Under the pieces are notes generated by a model, which saw nothing but the letters and a program-made list of their open reading frames with translations, was not told the origin of the DNA and made no database searches. From assembly GCA_965203805.1 (NCBI GenBank), contig OZ241917.1, positions 1,504,001-1,568,000 of the forward strand: a DNA stretch of 64,000 bases, given 5' to 3'. The position numbers and the translations under genes were made by a program. Source of the stretch: Candidatus Latescibacterota bacterium (GTDB lineage: Bacteria > Latescibacterota > UBA2968 > GCA-2709665). Of this stretch, positions 60,957 to 64,000 are shown piece after piece (position 1 is the stretch's first letter; every line of letters begins with the position of its first letter).

Positions 60957-61325
60957 CTACCCGTTCTTGTCTTGCGCAATGCACAGACTGTTTCCATCGG
61001 GGTCGTCGAAACTGAATTCGAGATTGCCCCAGCTCTGGTCCCAGAGCTTTCCAACGGAGATGCCCGCTTTCTTGTACTCGTCGTACACTGTTGCCGCGTC
61101 CTCGACGTAGATCTGTACCGTCCGTGCCCCCGGCGGTCCATCTCCGGGAAAGGACGAAACGACAATATGGGCAGCGTCCCGGACGACGCCCATATAGCAG
61201 GGGTCGAGTTTTTCCGGATGTGGCCTCCAGGCGTACACGCGACGGAACCCGAGTTTTCCGCAGTAGAATTCCTCGGCAGCTTTCGAACTCGACACCCCCA
61301 GAATAGGTACCGCCTCTTTAAACAC
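60957..61325 (-). CDS. VOC/bleomycin-resistance family protein
   Basis: FYCGKLGF, WGNLEFSFDDPDGN. Confidence 0.9.
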   Translation of the reverse strand: MFKEAVPILGVSSSKAAEEFYCGKLGFRRVYAWRPHPEKLDPCYMGVVRDAAHIVVSSFPGDGPPGARTVQIYVEDAATVYDEYKKAGISVGKLWDQSWGNLEFSFDDPDGNSLCIAQDKNG

Positions 61326-61326
61326 G

Positions 61327-61494
61327 CTATAACCTCCAATTTTGCTTTGCGATCGGAAGGATCGACACTAAAAGACGGGGCTGCGCAACGGCCGACTCCA
61401 GTCTGCCTGTATCACGCAACCCCGATGCTCCGCCAGTTTGAACAACGACCTGTCTGTGAAGTTCGATTACCTCTGCCAGAGAGAGATACCTCAT
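61327..61494 (-). pseudogene. Truncated Doc/Fic toxin
   Basis: MRYLSLAEVIELHRQ..GGASGLRDTGRLESAVAQPR then stops at 55 aa; Fic motif missing; TAATG overlap with upstream gene. Confidence 0.8.
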
Positions 61495-61688
61495 TAACTA
61501 AGCCTTCTATAGAGTTCCTCATTCTTGCTCAATACATGTTGCGCAGCGGCATCGAAGTCCGTTTGAAGCTTGTTTAACAGCTCGTCCAACGCAGTTCTTG
61601 CAAGCTCTTCCCGGCGTATACCAAGGCGTTTGGCGGTTAGATCCAACCTTTCGTTTTGTGACTCTGTGAGTTCAAGTAGTAGCTTCAT
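61494..61688 (-). CDS. Ribbon-helix-helix antitoxin
   Basis: MKLLLEL..AKRLGI..KNEELYRRLS; GGAGG RBS; directly upstream of doc remnant. Confidence 0.8.
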   Translation of the reverse strand: MKLLLELTESQNERLDLTAKRLGIRREELARTALDELLNKLQTDFDAAAQHVLSKNEELYRRLS

Positions 61689-61846
61689 CGTCGTTCCTCC
61701 AAGCGTTGTTGGTTTTTCCACATAATCGCAAATTTCGCAGCAGGGTTCAAGTAGGATCGTGCTTCTGGACCCTATTCAAATGTCACTCTTTGGAGTCATG
61801 TCGGTTTACGAAGCCTCGACCTGTATTCTGAGCTTGCCGCGGGTGT

Positions 61847-62644
61847 TCACGTCTTCCGGAGTATCACGTAGACGTTTCCATGTTCCCCGGACACGTGTTC
61901 CATGTCCTCGATCTCTTCGAATTCCTCCCCGTATATGGCGGCAATCTGCAACTGTTCAGATCTGTGGGCAAGCTTCTCCAGATCGGAGTAAAGCCAGAGC
62001 CTCAACGTATGGCGCTCTTCAAACCGATCGATCTTCCCGTCCTGTGCGACCTCAAACGTGCAGACCTGGTGACTCAATCGTGATTCTCTGTCTTCGTCGA
62101 GAATTCTCCACGACGTACTCACACAAATGCCGCCGCGCTCCAGCGTCCAATGATCGCCATCCGGAAGTTGGCCTTCGTGAGCGAAGTTAAGGTGGACAAT
62201 GTAGATTCCGTTCTGACGAAGTGACGAACCTGTAGCTCGCAGATGAGAGACGATTTCGTCATCCGAATGGAGATATCCGATGCTGTTGATCGAATTCACC
62301 GCGGCATCGAATGCGCCGGGGACCTCAGCGGATACCATTTCCCCAGGCACGACGCGGACATTCATGGCGTATCCTGCCGCTGCAACCGTGTCGATTGCAT
62401 ATTGAACCATATATCGGTTGGCGTCATACCCCGCAACGTGGAATCCACCCGCTGCCAGGGCCCTCAGCATGCGCCCCGTTCCACAGGCGGGTTCCAGAAT
62501 GTGACTAACGGGGAAGGGAACGTGTGACTCAAAGACTCGTTTGAAAAAGCGTATCTCCTCGGACAGATCCCATGAGAACGCGATGTCATAGATCTGAGGA
62601 TGGTTGTAGAGCTCGAACGTTTTAGTCGGTTCGGGTGTAATCAC
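61847..62644 (-). CDS. Class I SAM-dependent methyltransferase
   Basis: ILEPACGTGR. Confidence 0.92.
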   Translation of the reverse strand: MITPEPTKTFELYNHPQIYDIAFSWDLSEEIRFFKRVFESHVPFPVSHILEPACGTGRMLRALAAGGFHVAGYDANRYMVQYAIDTVAAAGYAMNVRVVPGEMVSAEVPGAFDAAVNSINSIGYLHSDDEIVSHLRATGSSLRQNGIYIVHLNFAHEGQLPDGDHWTLERGGICVSTSWRILDEDRESRLSHQVCTFEVAQDGKIDRFEERHTLRLWLYSDLEKLAHRSEQLQIAAIYGEEFEEIEDMEHVSGEHGNVYVILRKT

Positions 62645-62703
62645 CTGATTCTCCCTGTCGTTCGAGGTTCCTGGCGCGTGCGAACCGCACGATATTCAGG
62701 CAA

Positions 62704-62728
62704 GGGCACCCACAAGGGACGCCCCTAC
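62704..62728 (-). repeat. GTAG-type REP palindrome (uninterrupted)
   Basis: GGGCACCCACAAGGGACGCCCCTAC. Confidence 0.75.
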
Positions 62729-62912
62729 ATGACGAGGGGATTGTTTCAGTCCAGCAATCTCTTGACCACATAGCGCAAACTGACAGTTTGCGGCACTGTC
62801 ACAGAGCCGTTGCCCTGAGTTTGCGGTTCCTGAGTGTCGTAGCGTCGACGGATGTTGCGTGGTTGGCCGACCGGCGTGATCCCGGCTTTGCTAATCTGGT
62901 CAGCGAACAGCG

Positions 62913-63587
62913 TCAGGTACTGCCCCAGCTTTCAACCAGATCCCGATCCGCGCCCCCTTCTACCAACACGGGTATCAGTTCCGGATGCTTCTGGCGCACG
63001 GCCGTATTGTACAATAGCCTGGTATAGGGCTTCACGAGTGCGCCTTCTCCGATCAGCCACCGGGTGAGTTGCTCGTGGCCTCCCGCCACGGCAAAGTGCA
63101 GGGGGGTCACGCGCCAGACGGTGTCGTCCTCCTGTTCCCTGGTCAACAGGTCCGGCTCGGCATTCAGGAGGTGTTGTACCCGGTCCGTGTCACCCAGATA
63201 GCACGTCGAGTAGATATCCAGTACGGTCCCGGCCTTTTCCAACATCCGGGCGAGTTCCATCCGGCGATAACGTCGCGCAATACAGTAGGGCTTCAGGAGA
63301 ACCGTGATCTCCGCCCGGATCCGCCCAGGGATATTGGGATCGGCTCCCTCGCGCAACAGGAACCGAGCGACGTTAATCCGATTGCCGCGTGTTGCTTCCC
63401 ACAGAAACGACCGGTTGTGCCCCCCGCTCTTGGCATGCAGGAGCGACGGATCCTGTCTCAGATACCGCTTCACGGCCCTCAAATCGCCGCGCCGGACTTC
63501 CTTTAATATCTTGTCGATGCCGAAGCGGCCGCTGTGGCCCGCGCGCGGCTTGGTTTCATTTCCCCATCCGTTGTCGCCCGACGGCAT
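62913..63587 (-). CDS. Ankyrin repeat protein
   Basis: LLREGADPN, TPLHFAVAGGH. Confidence 0.88.
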   Translation of the reverse strand: MPSGDNGWGNETKPRAGHSGRFGIDKILKEVRRGDLRAVKRYLRQDPSLLHAKSGGHNRSFLWEATRGNRINVARFLLREGADPNIPGRIRAEITVLLKPYCIARRYRRMELARMLEKAGTVLDIYSTCYLGDTDRVQHLLNAEPDLLTREQEDDTVWRVTPLHFAVAGGHEQLTRWLIGEGALVKPYTRLLYNTAVRQKHPELIPVLVEGGADRDLVESWGST

Positions 63588-63736
63588 ACTTATCGTCCTC
63601 TTAAAATCGATATCGGAGTCTGATATCTGACAGATTTTCCCGGCGCGCGAACTTCTCGTGGCGGTCGGCCGAAGGTGCGAATGCGCCTCGCCCAGTGCCG
63701 TCGTATTGACGCCCCTCGCGGAGTATCTCTGGAGAT

Positions 63737-64000
63737 TCAGGCGGTTTTTCGCAGTTCACGATCCAGGCGCTCCAGGCTCTCTTGTGGCCATGTCTCTTTC
63801 CTGTCATACCCCTTGTCAAACTGAGGAACATGGGCTGGCAGTTCGAGCCAGGCATGCTTTTCCCTGGTCCAGATGTGCGCATTTATATTCAGAACCCTCG
63901 GGTCGTCCAGCGTTTGCGACCTCAATAACGCCGTGCATGGGTGATGAGTAGCAGTATTGTAGATCACATCCTCGCACGACTGGCAGATGAACGTCGTTCG
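63737..64000 (-). CDS. GFA-family protein, C-terminal part (runs off the window)
   Basis: FICQSC, AHIWTREKHAWLELP..VPQF. Confidence 0.7.
   Translation of the reverse strand, partial: RTTFICQSCEDVIYNTATHHPCTALLRSQTLDDPRVLNINAHIWTREKHAWLELPAHVPQFDKGYDRKETWPQESLERLDRELRKTA

Overview
A GC-rich bacterial accessory region with no rRNA, tRNA, CRISPR array or core housekeeping operon that I can recognise. The LRR, ankyrin, PD40, PQQ and dockerin-like proteins suggest a host-associated lineage such as Latescibacterota or a relative (inference only). The backbone is a run of roughly 50 small, unrelated, almost all minus-strand genes (GNATs, methyltransferases, VOC, Nudix, HIT, aminoglycoside-modifying homologues) with many gene remnants between them. 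It is interrupted by three IS elements with clear TIRs and TSDs and by two plus-strand modules, each bracketed by a diverged direct repeat: a decayed TonB metal-uptake locus, and a four-gene putative defence operon (unknown protein, two DUF2791/BrxD-like proteins, SNF2 helicase). The most striking signal is a family of 19-36 bp hairpin elements, CCTG(C/T)CTG-CG bulge-variable stem-loop-CAGGCAGG. They insert without target duplication. Wherever the target can be reconstructed it is selfish DNA: four times in conserved or catalytic motifs of two transposases, three times in other repeat elements, and twice in each other (a nested triple). I found none in ordinary genes.
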